A stretch of DNA of 64,000 nt from a virus. Its lineage: Duplodnaviria; Caudoviricetes. Of the stretch, positions 56,414 through 64,000 are shown piece by piece. The first letter of the stretch is position 1, and each line of letters starts with the position of its first letter. Made by a program: the position numbers and the translations under genes. The notes under the pieces were generated by a model. That model saw only the letters and a list, made by a program, of their open reading frames with translations. It did not search any database and was not told where the DNA came from. The stretch lies in IMG/VR virus record IMGVR_UViG_3300031992_000019. One strand, 5' to 3'.

Positions 56414-57244
56414 TCAGTTCGAGTTCGAGCGACGCTCTATCTCGGCCTGTATCGCTTCTTTGCGGGCTGTCCATTTGGCGAGTCGGGCTTTGTTCTCCTC
56501 TACCTTGTCGGGGTTCCTCTGGATGGCGAGGCTGGCCTTCGAGACGTTGCTCATGGCGTTCTTCATAGCCTTGGCCAGCTCGAAGTCTGACATGGAGGAG
56601 ATCTCGTCGGTCTTGCCCTGGGCTGCCACCTTGGGATGCTTGCCCAGTAGCTGGCCGTTGTCGCGGTAGTATTCGAGCTCGGCCATGATGGCGCGGTCTT
56701 CCAGGAAGTTGTCGAGGACGGTCTCGGTGAGTTCGGGTGCCATCTTGTCGGCGGGGACCTCGGTGAGCTGCTGATGAGCGTCGCGCATCTTGCCGTAAGC
56801 CGTGAACATATCGGCCACGAGCACCTTGAGGACGTCGGGACACTTCGGGTCGTTGAGGAACGGGAAACGCTTCCGGAAGTTGATCATCTTCTGGAGAGTG
56901 TCGGAGACGGGCTTGGCGGCGGGTTCTTGGGACGAAGGCGAAGCCTCCTCTTTCGGAGAATCGTAGTGAGCCTCGTCGAAGTAGATGGTGACGTGGGAGC
57001 CGTTGGCCTTGGTCTCTTCTTCAGGCGGGCGCTTGGCGTATCGCTTCATGTGGGCGAAGGCGAAGGGCGTGAGGCCTGCCATCTTGCGAAGCTCCTCGAA
57101 GACTGCACCGGCGTAGGGTGTGTCCTGACGACGGCGCTGGAGGGTTCGGATGAGGGGGACGTTGCGGGAATGGGCGAGTACCAGGGCGATGCCTTCAGCG
57201 AGGTTGCGAGGGCCTTCGAGGTAGGTGATGATCTTCTGTTTCAC
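56414..57244 (-). CDS. Phage hypothetical protein
   Basis: Likely GTG start VKQKII; RFPFLNDPKCPDVLK, YYRDNGQLLGKHP. Confidence 0.65.
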   Translation of the reverse strand: MKQKIITYLEGPRNLAEGIALVLAHSRNVPLIRTLQRRRQDTPYAGAVFEELRKMAGLTPFAFAHMKRYAKRPPEEETKANGSHVTIYFDEAHYDSPKEEASPSSQEPAAKPVSDTLQKMINFRKRFPFLNDPKCPDVLKVLVADMFTAYGKMRDAHQQLTEVPADKMAPELTETVLDNFLEDRAIMAELEYYRDNGQLLGKHPKVAAQGKTDEISSMSDFELAKAMKNAMSNVSKASLAIQRNPDKVEENKARLAKWTARKEAIQAEIERRSNSN

Positions 57245-57363
57245 GGGTAGGTGGGGATTTGGCACGGGGAAGGGAGAAACCAGCGCCTGCATCACTGTAG
57301 GCGCTGGCCCCTAACACGTGAAAACTATGAATTAACGGACACGGCTCGAGGCCGGTCGGAATG

Positions 57364-57897
57364 TCATGAGTCGGTATCGAGAGCCGGGAGGGCTGCTGCG
57401 TAGAGAGCGAAGTCGAGACCCTTCACGGCCTGGGCGAAGGTCAACTGGTTGCGGTTGCTGGTGCCGTTGCCTGTATAGTTGACTTGCAGCTTCATGGGGT
57501 TGCAGGGCGAACCTGCGAGCCATACCTTGTCGCTGTCGCAGAACTTGAGGATGGCCACGGCGTTGCGGGAGAGCCAGTTGGTCTTGAAGAGCATGACAGC
57601 CTCCTCGTTGCCGGGGTGGTTGAACTGGATGGTGGGGGTGAAGCCCTGCTCATCGGGATCGCCCTCGGAATTGCTCGTGACCTCGGTAGTACCAGGAGTC
57701 ATGTAGATGGCGATGGCTGTGGCTCCGGTCTTGAGGGTGATGGCGTTGGACGATGAGATGTTCACGCCATCGGCCTCACGCTCGGGGAACGATGCGATAT
57801 CGTCCACGTCGATGAGGATGAGCTGGTCCATCGGGTGAAGGCCTGCTCCGGGCATGCCGGAGGGACGGGCTACAGATGCTTTGGAATATCCTGCCAT
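57364..57897 (-). CDS. Putative major tail tube protein
   Basis: 177 aa, beta-rich, following the capsid gene. Confidence 0.5.
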   Translation of the reverse strand: MAGYSKASVARPSGMPGAGLHPMDQLILIDVDDIASFPEREADGVNISSSNAITLKTGATAIAIYMTPGTTEVTSNSEGDPDEQGFTPTIQFNHPGNEEAVMLFKTNWLSRNAVAILKFCDSDKVWLAGSPCNPMKLQVNYTGNGTSNRNQLTFAQAVKGLDFALYAAALPALDTDS

Positions 57898-57967
57898 TTT
57901 TGTCGATGTTTGATGGTTGGGGAAAATGGAACAGGGCCGAAGCCCTGCTCCGTTACAGAGTCACGAA

Positions 57968-60178
57968 TCAGCCGCGGTCAATTTCGGCGAACTTGCCGTT
58001 GTCGATGGCCATGAGCTTGATCCACTTGCCTTCGCTCAGGGTAGCGGCGGCGGTGAGGACGAAGTTGCCGCTGTTGGCGATGGTCGAAGCGTAGGTCGAG
58101 CCTGCACCGTAGATGGTGTAGATGGTGCCCACGGTTGCATCGTCGAGCTTGGTGATGGCAGTGGCCTGGGTGTTGGCTCCGATGACGAACTCGGTGCCAT
58201 CTTCTACGGAAGGCGTGGTATCGTCGGCGGTGAAGGTGAGGGCAGCGGCAGCGGCGGTGGTGCGGGCCACCTCGAAGAACTTGCCGTCGGAGCGCTTGAC
58301 GAGGGTGATGGTGTCACCTACGGCAGGCTCCCAGTCGGCAGAGAGGAGCGAGAACTTGCCGGTGTTGTCGATGGTCACGCCGTAGTTGGTGGAGCCGCAC
58401 TTGAGGGTTACGGGCACGCCTACCTTGGCATCCTCGATGTCGGTGATCTCGAAGAGGGCCGAGTTCTGGGCGGTGAGGATGGAGGTGTGAGCAGCAGCCG
58501 AAGGATTGACGTCGGCACCAGCCTGGACGAAGTAGTCGGCGGGGAGGTCGTACTCGTTGACGAAGATCATCTGCTGGTCGTAGCGGGTGTTGGCAGCGCT
58601 CGACTGCTTGCGGCCCACCATGGTAGCGCTGACGCCTTCCTTCCAGTTCGACCAAACCTTGAGCTTCCAGTCCTCCTGCTCGAGGCTGAAGTCGGTCATC
58701 TCACCAGCCTTCTGGCAGTAGGTCTTGAAGTTGCCGTCGAGAGTCCAGACGAGACGACGGTGAGCGTCGGCGTTCTTGATCTCGCGGATGGCGACAGACG
58801 GGTACTCGATGACGTGGTTGAGGGCGTTCTGGCCGTTCTCGCCACCACGGTAGTCGGTGATGAGACCGTTCTTCGATACGCGCCAGTCGGCGTACCAGCT
58901 GATGAGCAGCGAAGGCAGATAGAGGACGCATGCACCCGAGTCACGGATGACAGCAGGAACCATCTCGGTGCCGGCCTTGATGACGTCGCCGATATTCTCA
59001 CGGGTGATGGTGCCAAGCTCGAAGGGCTTGATCTGATAGATGGTGTTGCCGGTGATGTAGTCACGGTAACCCTCTACACGCTTGCGGATGTACTCATAGA
59101 AGCCATCGGCAGCGTTGATGGCGAGACCTGGCTGGTTCTTGGTGGGTTCCTTGCGGACACCGTTGACGTAGCGGTTCTCGCGCTCGTTGTGCAGCACCCT
59201 GACGGTCTCGGTGAGGAGGAACTCGATGAGGGACATCTTGAGGGGGTTGCTGGCCTCACGGTTGAGGTAGCCGATCCAGGTCTTCTCGATGACCTTCAGG
59301 TTCGAGAACGTGTGGGCGAACATGACGGGGTACACCTTGAGCGTCTCGGGCTCGAACGTGTACTTGCCTTTGACCACTTCGGCGAAGTCTGACTCGTAGC
59401 TGTTGTCAGCCTGCGAGAACTCGCCCAGGAAGACGTTGACCAGAGTCTCGAGGTCCTGATAGCCGGACTCCTCGGGCATGATGCTGTGGATGGAAGGCAG
59501 CGTCATGAGGAACGACTGGAGGCGGTCCTGATAGCGCTGGTTGTAGTACTCACCGAGGTCGGCCTGGAGGGTCGAGAAGTCGGTCGATGCAGCCTTGGGC
59601 ACGATCATGCCGGTGTAGCCATGGAGCTCCATGGCAGCGGCGCGGGCACGCTGGTTGTACTTGCGGTCGAGGCCGAATCGTTCGCCGGTGAGACCGAAGA
59701 GCTGCTTGTCGTTCATGTAGTCGAGGCCTGGGGTGTTGCCAGCAGCGCCATGGAACTGGCTGCCTGCCTGTGGATCCTGCTCGGCGGCGGCAGAGAGGAT
59801 CTTGATCTGCTCCTGCAGGTTGGCCACCTTGGTATTGAGGCTCTCGATGGTGGTCTGCGAAGCCTTGCCAGCCTCTACGGTAGCATCGAGGCTCGACTGT
59901 GCGTCGGCCAGCTTCTGCGAGGTGATCTTGAGAGCCATCTTGAGACCTGCCACTACGGGACTGTCTTCGGTAGCCTGGCCACCATTCTCGGCAAAGTTGG
60001 TAGCGAGAGCGGCCTTGAACTCATTGAGGAAGGTGTCGGAGAATCCGGCCTCCTTCATCTTGGCCACCTGGTCGTCGAGGAGGACCTGGCAGCCCTTGTC
60101 ATCCTTCGCCCAGCTGGTGATGCCGAGAACGGCCAGAATAGGAGCGGCGAAGGCTTTCAGTTCTTTAATCTTGAACAT
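57968..60178 (-). CDS. Major capsid protein with an N-terminal scaffold region and two C-terminal accessory domains
   Basis: Follows the S49 protease; coiled-coil N-terminus; duplicated ~85-aa C-terminal domain; likely start MFKIKE. Confidence 0.75.
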   Translation of the reverse strand: MFKIKELKAFAAPILAVLGITSWAKDDKGCQVLLDDQVAKMKEAGFSDTFLNEFKAALATNFAENGGQATEDSPVVAGLKMALKITSQKLADAQSSLDATVEAGKASQTTIESLNTKVANLQEQIKILSAAAEQDPQAGSQFHGAAGNTPGLDYMNDKQLFGLTGERFGLDRKYNQRARAAAMELHGYTGMIVPKAASTDFSTLQADLGEYYNQRYQDRLQSFLMTLPSIHSIMPEESGYQDLETLVNVFLGEFSQADNSYESDFAEVVKGKYTFEPETLKVYPVMFAHTFSNLKVIEKTWIGYLNREASNPLKMSLIEFLLTETVRVLHNERENRYVNGVRKEPTKNQPGLAINAADGFYEYIRKRVEGYRDYITGNTIYQIKPFELGTITRENIGDVIKAGTEMVPAVIRDSGACVLYLPSLLISWYADWRVSKNGLITDYRGGENGQNALNHVIEYPSVAIREIKNADAHRRLVWTLDGNFKTYCQKAGEMTDFSLEQEDWKLKVWSNWKEGVSATMVGRKQSSAANTRYDQQMIFVNEYDLPADYFVQAGADVNPSAAAHTSILTAQNSALFEITDIEDAKVGVPVTLKCGSTNYGVTIDNTGKFSLLSADWEPAVGDTITLVKRSDGKFFEVARTTAAAAALTFTADDTTPSVEDGTEFVIGANTQATAITKLDDATVGTIYTIYGAGSTYASTIANSGNFVLTAAATLSEGKWIKLMAIDNGKFAEIDRG

Positions 60179-60270
60179 TAATTTTGAGGATTTTGGGGTG
60201 AATAATAGAAAATAGTCAAACCGTAGCAACTGTCCCATGGTTGCACTTGTAGTCAGCGATTAGCTGGGGA

Positions 60271-61134
60271 TCATCGGCGGGTCTGCTGGGCGATGCCTCG
60301 GGCGAAGACCCAGAGGATGGCATCGTCGAGCGTGCCGTACTGGTCAACATAGCCAAGGTCGATTGCCTCCTGGCCCGAAAATAGCTTTCCGCGATAAAGC
60401 TCTAAATCGGGGTCGTAAGGCACGCCTATCTGCTGTGCCACATCTTGGGCGAACATCAGATGCACCTGTTGCAGTGATGCCTTGATGGGTGCATCGTCGC
60501 CCTGTTCCAGCTGACGGGAGAGGTAGTTCTTGAGGTCAGCTGAGTCGGGATAGATGTCGCGGGCGACGATTCCGAGTTTCTCGAAGAGCCCGGCGAGGCT
60601 CAGATATCTCGTCATCACGCCCACACTGCCCACTTCGCACAGAGGCGATGCCAGGAAGATGTGCTGCGCAGCTGTACCCAACCAGAAGTGGGCCGAAGCC
60701 ATCGTGCCAGCGACGTAGGTGGCGATGGGCTTGGGGTACTCACGGATGGCACGGGCAGCGAGATCGACGTGAGCAATCATGCCGCCGGGGCCATTGATCC
60801 AGAGAACCACGCCCACGATGCGGGGATTGTCGGCAGCCAGACGGAGGAAACGCTCGAGGGCGTAGGTGTCCCACGAATAGAGCGGACCCTCTGAGGCGAT
60901 GACTGCGACGCTGTTGGACGGGAGGTTGACGTCTTCGAGATCCCAACGGGTGACGACGTTCGGCCCTGCCCCTTGCGTGACAGCGTAGGCCATCACCTTG
61001 CTCGCATCCAGTTGACGCTCCACGGCCTCCAGATTGCCGGCCTTGAGAGCAGGCAAGATAGAGAGCAGCAGCGAGGCGTAATCCGCATCGTTGATGCTCC
61101 ATCGTTCGGTGAGGATGGATTGAATCTTGTTCAT
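60271..61134 (-). CDS. S49 (SppA/ClpP-fold) prohead protease
   Basis: INGPGG, MASAHFWLG and VGSVGV motifs. Confidence 0.9.
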   Translation of the reverse strand: MNKIQSILTERWSINDADYASLLLSILPALKAGNLEAVERQLDASKVMAYAVTQGAGPNVVTRWDLEDVNLPSNSVAVIASEGPLYSWDTYALERFLRLAADNPRIVGVVLWINGPGGMIAHVDLAARAIREYPKPIATYVAGTMASAHFWLGTAAQHIFLASPLCEVGSVGVMTRYLSLAGLFEKLGIVARDIYPDSADLKNYLSRQLEQGDDAPIKASLQQVHLMFAQDVAQQIGVPYDPDLELYRGKLFSGQEAIDLGYVDQYGTLDDAILWVFARGIAQQTRR

Positions 61135-61154
61135 GGCGTGGACAATAAATTTTT

Positions 61155-61195
61155 CGATGCAAAGATGAGCCTTTTGCGCACGCGAACAAAGTACA
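61155..61195 (-). promoter_or_regulatory. Phage B late-type promoter (head operon)
   Basis: TGTACTTT-N20-CATCTTTGCATCG. Confidence 0.65.
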
Positions 61196-61196
61196 T

Positions 61197-61229
61197 AAAA
61201 AAAAGGCCCTCGTCGTCATGACGAAGGCC
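61197..61229 (-). terminator. Rho-independent terminator
   Basis: GGCCTTCGTCATGACGACGAGGGCC-T8. Confidence 0.6.
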
Positions 61230-61275
61230 CCACTTGAGCACGGGTAGGGCGAGAATGCCCTCAAAAAAAATTAGA

Positions 61276-61698
61276 TCATTCGGGAATCACGGCGAACAGG
61301 TCCATCGAAGGGGACTTGCCCGCGAGGGTGCAGGTGTAGGTTCCACCTGATGGCTGGGCGGAGAGCGTGAGCGGATAGAGAGGCTCGCCGCTGACCTTCT
61401 GGCGCCCCTTCTCGTCGAGATAGAGGGCAACGAGCGGAGTGTGGGCCAGTTCCTGCAGCTGCTGTTGCTGGGGAAGACCAGAGGAGGGGACACGGAACGT
61501 GTGGCGCTTCTGATAGACGACCGAGCCTTCGGTTGGCTGGTCGGAGATCTTGAAGGTGCCGGGAGTGAGCGGGATGTCGATGACGTCGGCCGAGTAGAAC
61601 TCGATGCGGGCGTTCTGGTGGATCACGGCGTAGCGGACCACCTTGGCGGCTGGAATCAGCCGGAGCTGGCAGGGTGTTGAGATAGTTTTGGTGGACAT
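61276..61698 (-). CDS. Hypothetical protein
   Basis: Start MSTKTIS; beta-rich. Confidence 0.55.
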   Translation of the reverse strand: MSTKTISTPCQLRLIPAAKVVRYAVIHQNARIEFYSADVIDIPLTPGTFKISDQPTEGSVVYQKRHTFRVPSSGLPQQQQLQELAHTPLVALYLDEKGRQKVSGEPLYPLTLSAQPSGGTYTCTLAGKSPSMDLFAVIPE

Positions 61699-61797
61699 AA
61701 ACGGGAAATTTTGGTTAAAAAATGCAGTCGGAAGATATTCGGAGGATTTCGGACAAAACGGGGGTTTTGTTGCAGTGAATTTTTGCAAAAAAAATGC

Positions 61798-62316
61798 CTA
61801 TTTCTTGAAGGTTCGCTTCAGTTGTCGGCGCTGCTTTACATAATCGCGTGTTTTCTTAAGATGGCGGGAGCGGTCCTGCCAACGTGTGAAGGCCTTGCAC
61901 AAAGTGTCGGGAGAGACGGAGAGGCTGTAGATGTCGATGAAGTCCTCGACGGCATCCTGAAGGGGGAGGCCGTAGTATCGGTAGCGATACCAGTAGTCAC
62001 CAAGATCGGTGAGCAGCTCATCCTCCATCGTCCGCTCGATGCCCGGGCGCTTGTGGCCACCCGACACCTTCTCTGGAGGAATCCAGTTCCAGGCATTGGT
62101 GTCGCGCTTCTCAGGGAAGTCGGTGGAGCAGGGAACCAGGAACTCGAAGTTGCCCTTATCGACAGGCACGTTGGACGGCCGACGACGGAGAGAGTTGAGG
62201 ATCTTGACGCGGACGAACGTCGAGAGAGGGAAGCGAACGGTCTGGAGTTCTTCACTCCAATATTTGCGCCGGAAATACTCGGCAATGTGGTCTTTTATCT
62301 GTATTCTGGTGGTCAT
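61798..62316 (-). CDS. Putative transcription regulator (late-activator candidate)
   Basis: Basic, C-terminal HTH-like segment (AVEDFIDIYSL...TLCKAFTRW); upstream of the late operon; function inferred. Confidence 0.45.
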   Translation of the reverse strand: MTTRIQIKDHIAEYFRRKYWSEELQTVRFPLSTFVRVKILNSLRRRPSNVPVDKGNFEFLVPCSTDFPEKRDTNAWNWIPPEKVSGGHKRPGIERTMEDELLTDLGDYWYRYRYYGLPLQDAVEDFIDIYSLSVSPDTLCKAFTRWQDRSRHLKKTRDYVKQRRQLKRTFKK

Positions 62317-62340
62317 GGCAGCCTAATTTGGTTTGAACGA

Positions 62341-62390
62341 TGCAAAGATACGAAATTTTGTGCAACAAAACAAATTTTTGTGCAACAAAA
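62341..62390 (-). promoter_or_regulatory. Promoter overlapped by two palindromic operator-like repeats
   Basis: TTTG-N20-TATCTTTGCA; TTTTGTGCAACAAAA at 62356 and 62376. Confidence 0.65.
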
Positions 62391-62820
62391 TGCGAAAAAT
62401 CGGCCGTTTTTCGGGTATCCTGGCACCGATTGCAATTTTAAACAAAAAATTTTTGTGTGAGTTGAGTCTATTTTTGAAAAAAAATTGTAACATACCCACT
62501 TAAAAAAATAACATGCTAAAACATAATAACTTAATAACTAAAATCGGCCTTTTCCGGGGACTTTCTGCCGAAGTCGAATTGTAACACCTCCCCTTCTTGT
62601 TATTCTTTTTCTTTAAATGTTATTTTTAAAAATAACAAAAAAAAACTCTTATATATAGAGAGTTAGACGCTCAAATCCTGCCATGTTACAAAGTTATTGC
62701 GTTTTTACACTATTATATAAAAAAAATGGGGGAGGGAAAAACGAGCGGAACCTGGCGGTTCGGAGGCCGTTTGCGCAACCGAATTTGTTAACATTGGATT
62801 ATGTTAAGTTGATAGGGCAC

Positions 62821-62868
62821 AAAAAAATCCGCTCAGACGGGCGAAAGTTCGCGGATCTGAGCGGATTT
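62821..62868 (-). terminator. Terminator at the end of the early operon
   Basis: AAATCCGCTCAGA/TCTGAGCGGATTT stem with a T-run. Confidence 0.65.
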
Positions 62869-62903
62869 GAGGCAGCCAAGCTCGACTGCGGCTGGGGCGA
62901 TGG

Positions 62904-63848
62904 TCAGTACTTCAGATTGGTCGGCACACGGGCGTCCTTGTTATACAGCTTTGCCAGGATCTCACAGGTGGCCTTGACGCTGCCGAGGGGATAGATGTAG
63001 ACCGGATAGGTCATGGCCTTGCGGAAGAGGCGGGCAGGATCGAAGGTGTCGGGGTTCTTCTGTACGAGAGTGAGCCAGGCTCGGCACCATGCGGGCGAAC
63101 GAAGGATATCCTTCGAGGGGTCGATAGCGTTGGGAATCTTCGCCCAGTCCATCAGGCGGTCGAGCGTCTTGGTGCAGCCCTCGAAGTCGATGGCCTCAAG
63201 CTGGCCACGGGCGATGGTCTTGATGTTTGCACGACCTGCGACACCTCCGAAGGCACACTGGTCGATGATAGCCTTGGAGAGGCATGGATAGTTGACGTAG
63301 AGCTGCTGCAGGAGTTCGTAGGGTTCACGGCCTTCGGTGCTGTACGACTGGATGAAGTCGGCCTTGGTCCAGTTCTTGGAGTCATTGTTGTAGAGTCGCA
63401 TCTCTGTGGGGCCGTAGTGGGGCTTCTCGATGTAGAGGATGGGGAGGCCGAGGTAGCGTCTGGCAAAGAACCGGTTCTGGCCGTCGACGATCTCCATGGC
63501 CTCGTTGACGATGATGGGCGACATCAGGTCGGCCTGTGCCATGGATTCCACCAGACGCTTCCAGTGGTCCACGTCACGGTTCAATCCGGGGACGAGTCGG
63601 AAGGCGTTGTAGTCGTAGGTCTGCCAGACGACATCGACATTGATGGCGTTCCATTTGGCCGGTTTTGAGTGATCAATCTCGTCCCATGGCGTTCCATCAG
63701 CGTGCTCGAGACAGTTCTGCAGCTGTTGTTCGGTCATTCGTCCGGATTCGACGGCCTCCTGGAAGAGGCGACGGACAGTGGTCTGATGCGCCATGACGGC
63801 GGGTGACAGTTCGGGCGTTTTAGCCTGGTTTGTTTTCTTCGTGCTCAT
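62904..63848 (-). CDS. ParB/Srx-domain protein
   Basis: NR.VD...SPIIVNEAMEIVDGQNRF motif. Confidence 0.75.
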   Translation of the reverse strand: MSTKKTNQAKTPELSPAVMAHQTTVRRLFQEAVESGRMTEQQLQNCLEHADGTPWDEIDHSKPAKWNAINVDVVWQTYDYNAFRLVPGLNRDVDHWKRLVESMAQADLMSPIIVNEAMEIVDGQNRFFARRYLGLPILYIEKPHYGPTEMRLYNNDSKNWTKADFIQSYSTEGREPYELLQQLYVNYPCLSKAIIDQCAFGGVAGRANIKTIARGQLEAIDFEGCTKTLDRLMDWAKIPNAIDPSKDILRSPAWCRAWLTLVQKNPDTFDPARLFRKAMTYPVYIYPLGSVKATCEILAKLYNKDARVPTNLKY

Positions 63849-63873
63849 TGTTGTTGGGGTTTATGAAGTTATT

Positions 63874-64000
63874 GGGTTATAAAGCAGCCGTACTTTCGTA
63901 TGGTTGGATAGATATGGGAAGTGGTGTTCCCATCGGTGGTTGAATTGAGTACATTGGCGGCATCTGAATCGCCCTACGAACATTTAACTCGGTTAGCCAC
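63874..64000 (+). repeat. Direct repeat copy 2 (runs off the window); encodes the 3' end of a second copy of the 17596-17826 gene
   Basis: Identical to 17593-17719; stop codon at 63877-63879. Confidence 0.97.

Larger units (their letters stand above)
17593..63873. mobile_element. Phage B, apparently complete ~46.3 kb temperate phage bracketed by a direct repeat
   Basis: Own terminase, portal, capsid, protease, tape measure, lysin, integrase, repressor and primase; GC-rich; identical sequence at 17593 and 63874. The left boundary is approximate because 17.6-19.1 kb is AT-rich. Confidence 0.85.

Noticed and set aside
57917-59392. 491-aa + strand ORF (likewise 8274-9419)
   Set aside because: Antisense to capsid genes
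1-64000. Stop-codon reassignment
   Set aside because: Genes are intact under the standard code, and TAA, TAG and TGA all serve as stops

Overview
The window is entirely phage DNA with a probable Bacteroidota (Prevotella/Bacteroides-type) host, judged from repeated TAnnTTTG(CA) -7 promoter boxes and AT-rich start regions with no obvious Shine-Dalgarno sequence. Nearly all genes are on the - strand, and two unrelated tailed-phage genomes are joined. Phage A (1 to ~17.6 kb, partial, roughly 50% GC by eye) carries a tape measure, a tail chaperone with a -1 frameshift site, tail/neck genes, a gpE-like capsid, a scaffold, an amidoligase + class-II glutamine amidotransferase unit, a candidate tandem structured ncRNA and small early genes. 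Phage B (17593-63873, ~46.3 kb, GC-rich) looks like a complete circular temperate genome. It has a primase-helicase, a cro/repressor switch, a tyrosine integrase, a PTP-like phosphatase, two foldon mini-proteins, two SGNH tail proteins, tape measure, muramidase, portal, terminase, a capsid with appended domains, an S49 protease and a ParB-like gene. Phage B is bracketed by an exact direct repeat of at least 127 bp (17593-17719 = 63874-64000), so the window is either a homologous-recombination cointegrate or an assembly chimera across a shared gene. The most notable unexplained signals are the promoter- and terminator-bounded two-copy covarying RNA motif at ~11.04-11.29 kb, a phage-specific late promoter (TGTACTTT-N20-YATCTTTGCATCG, three copies), a dispersed 24-bp palindrome, and several repeat arrays and closed RNA-like structures. 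No CRISPR array, reverse transcriptase, rRNA or tRNA was seen. All product calls rest on motif recognition and gene order; no database searches were run.
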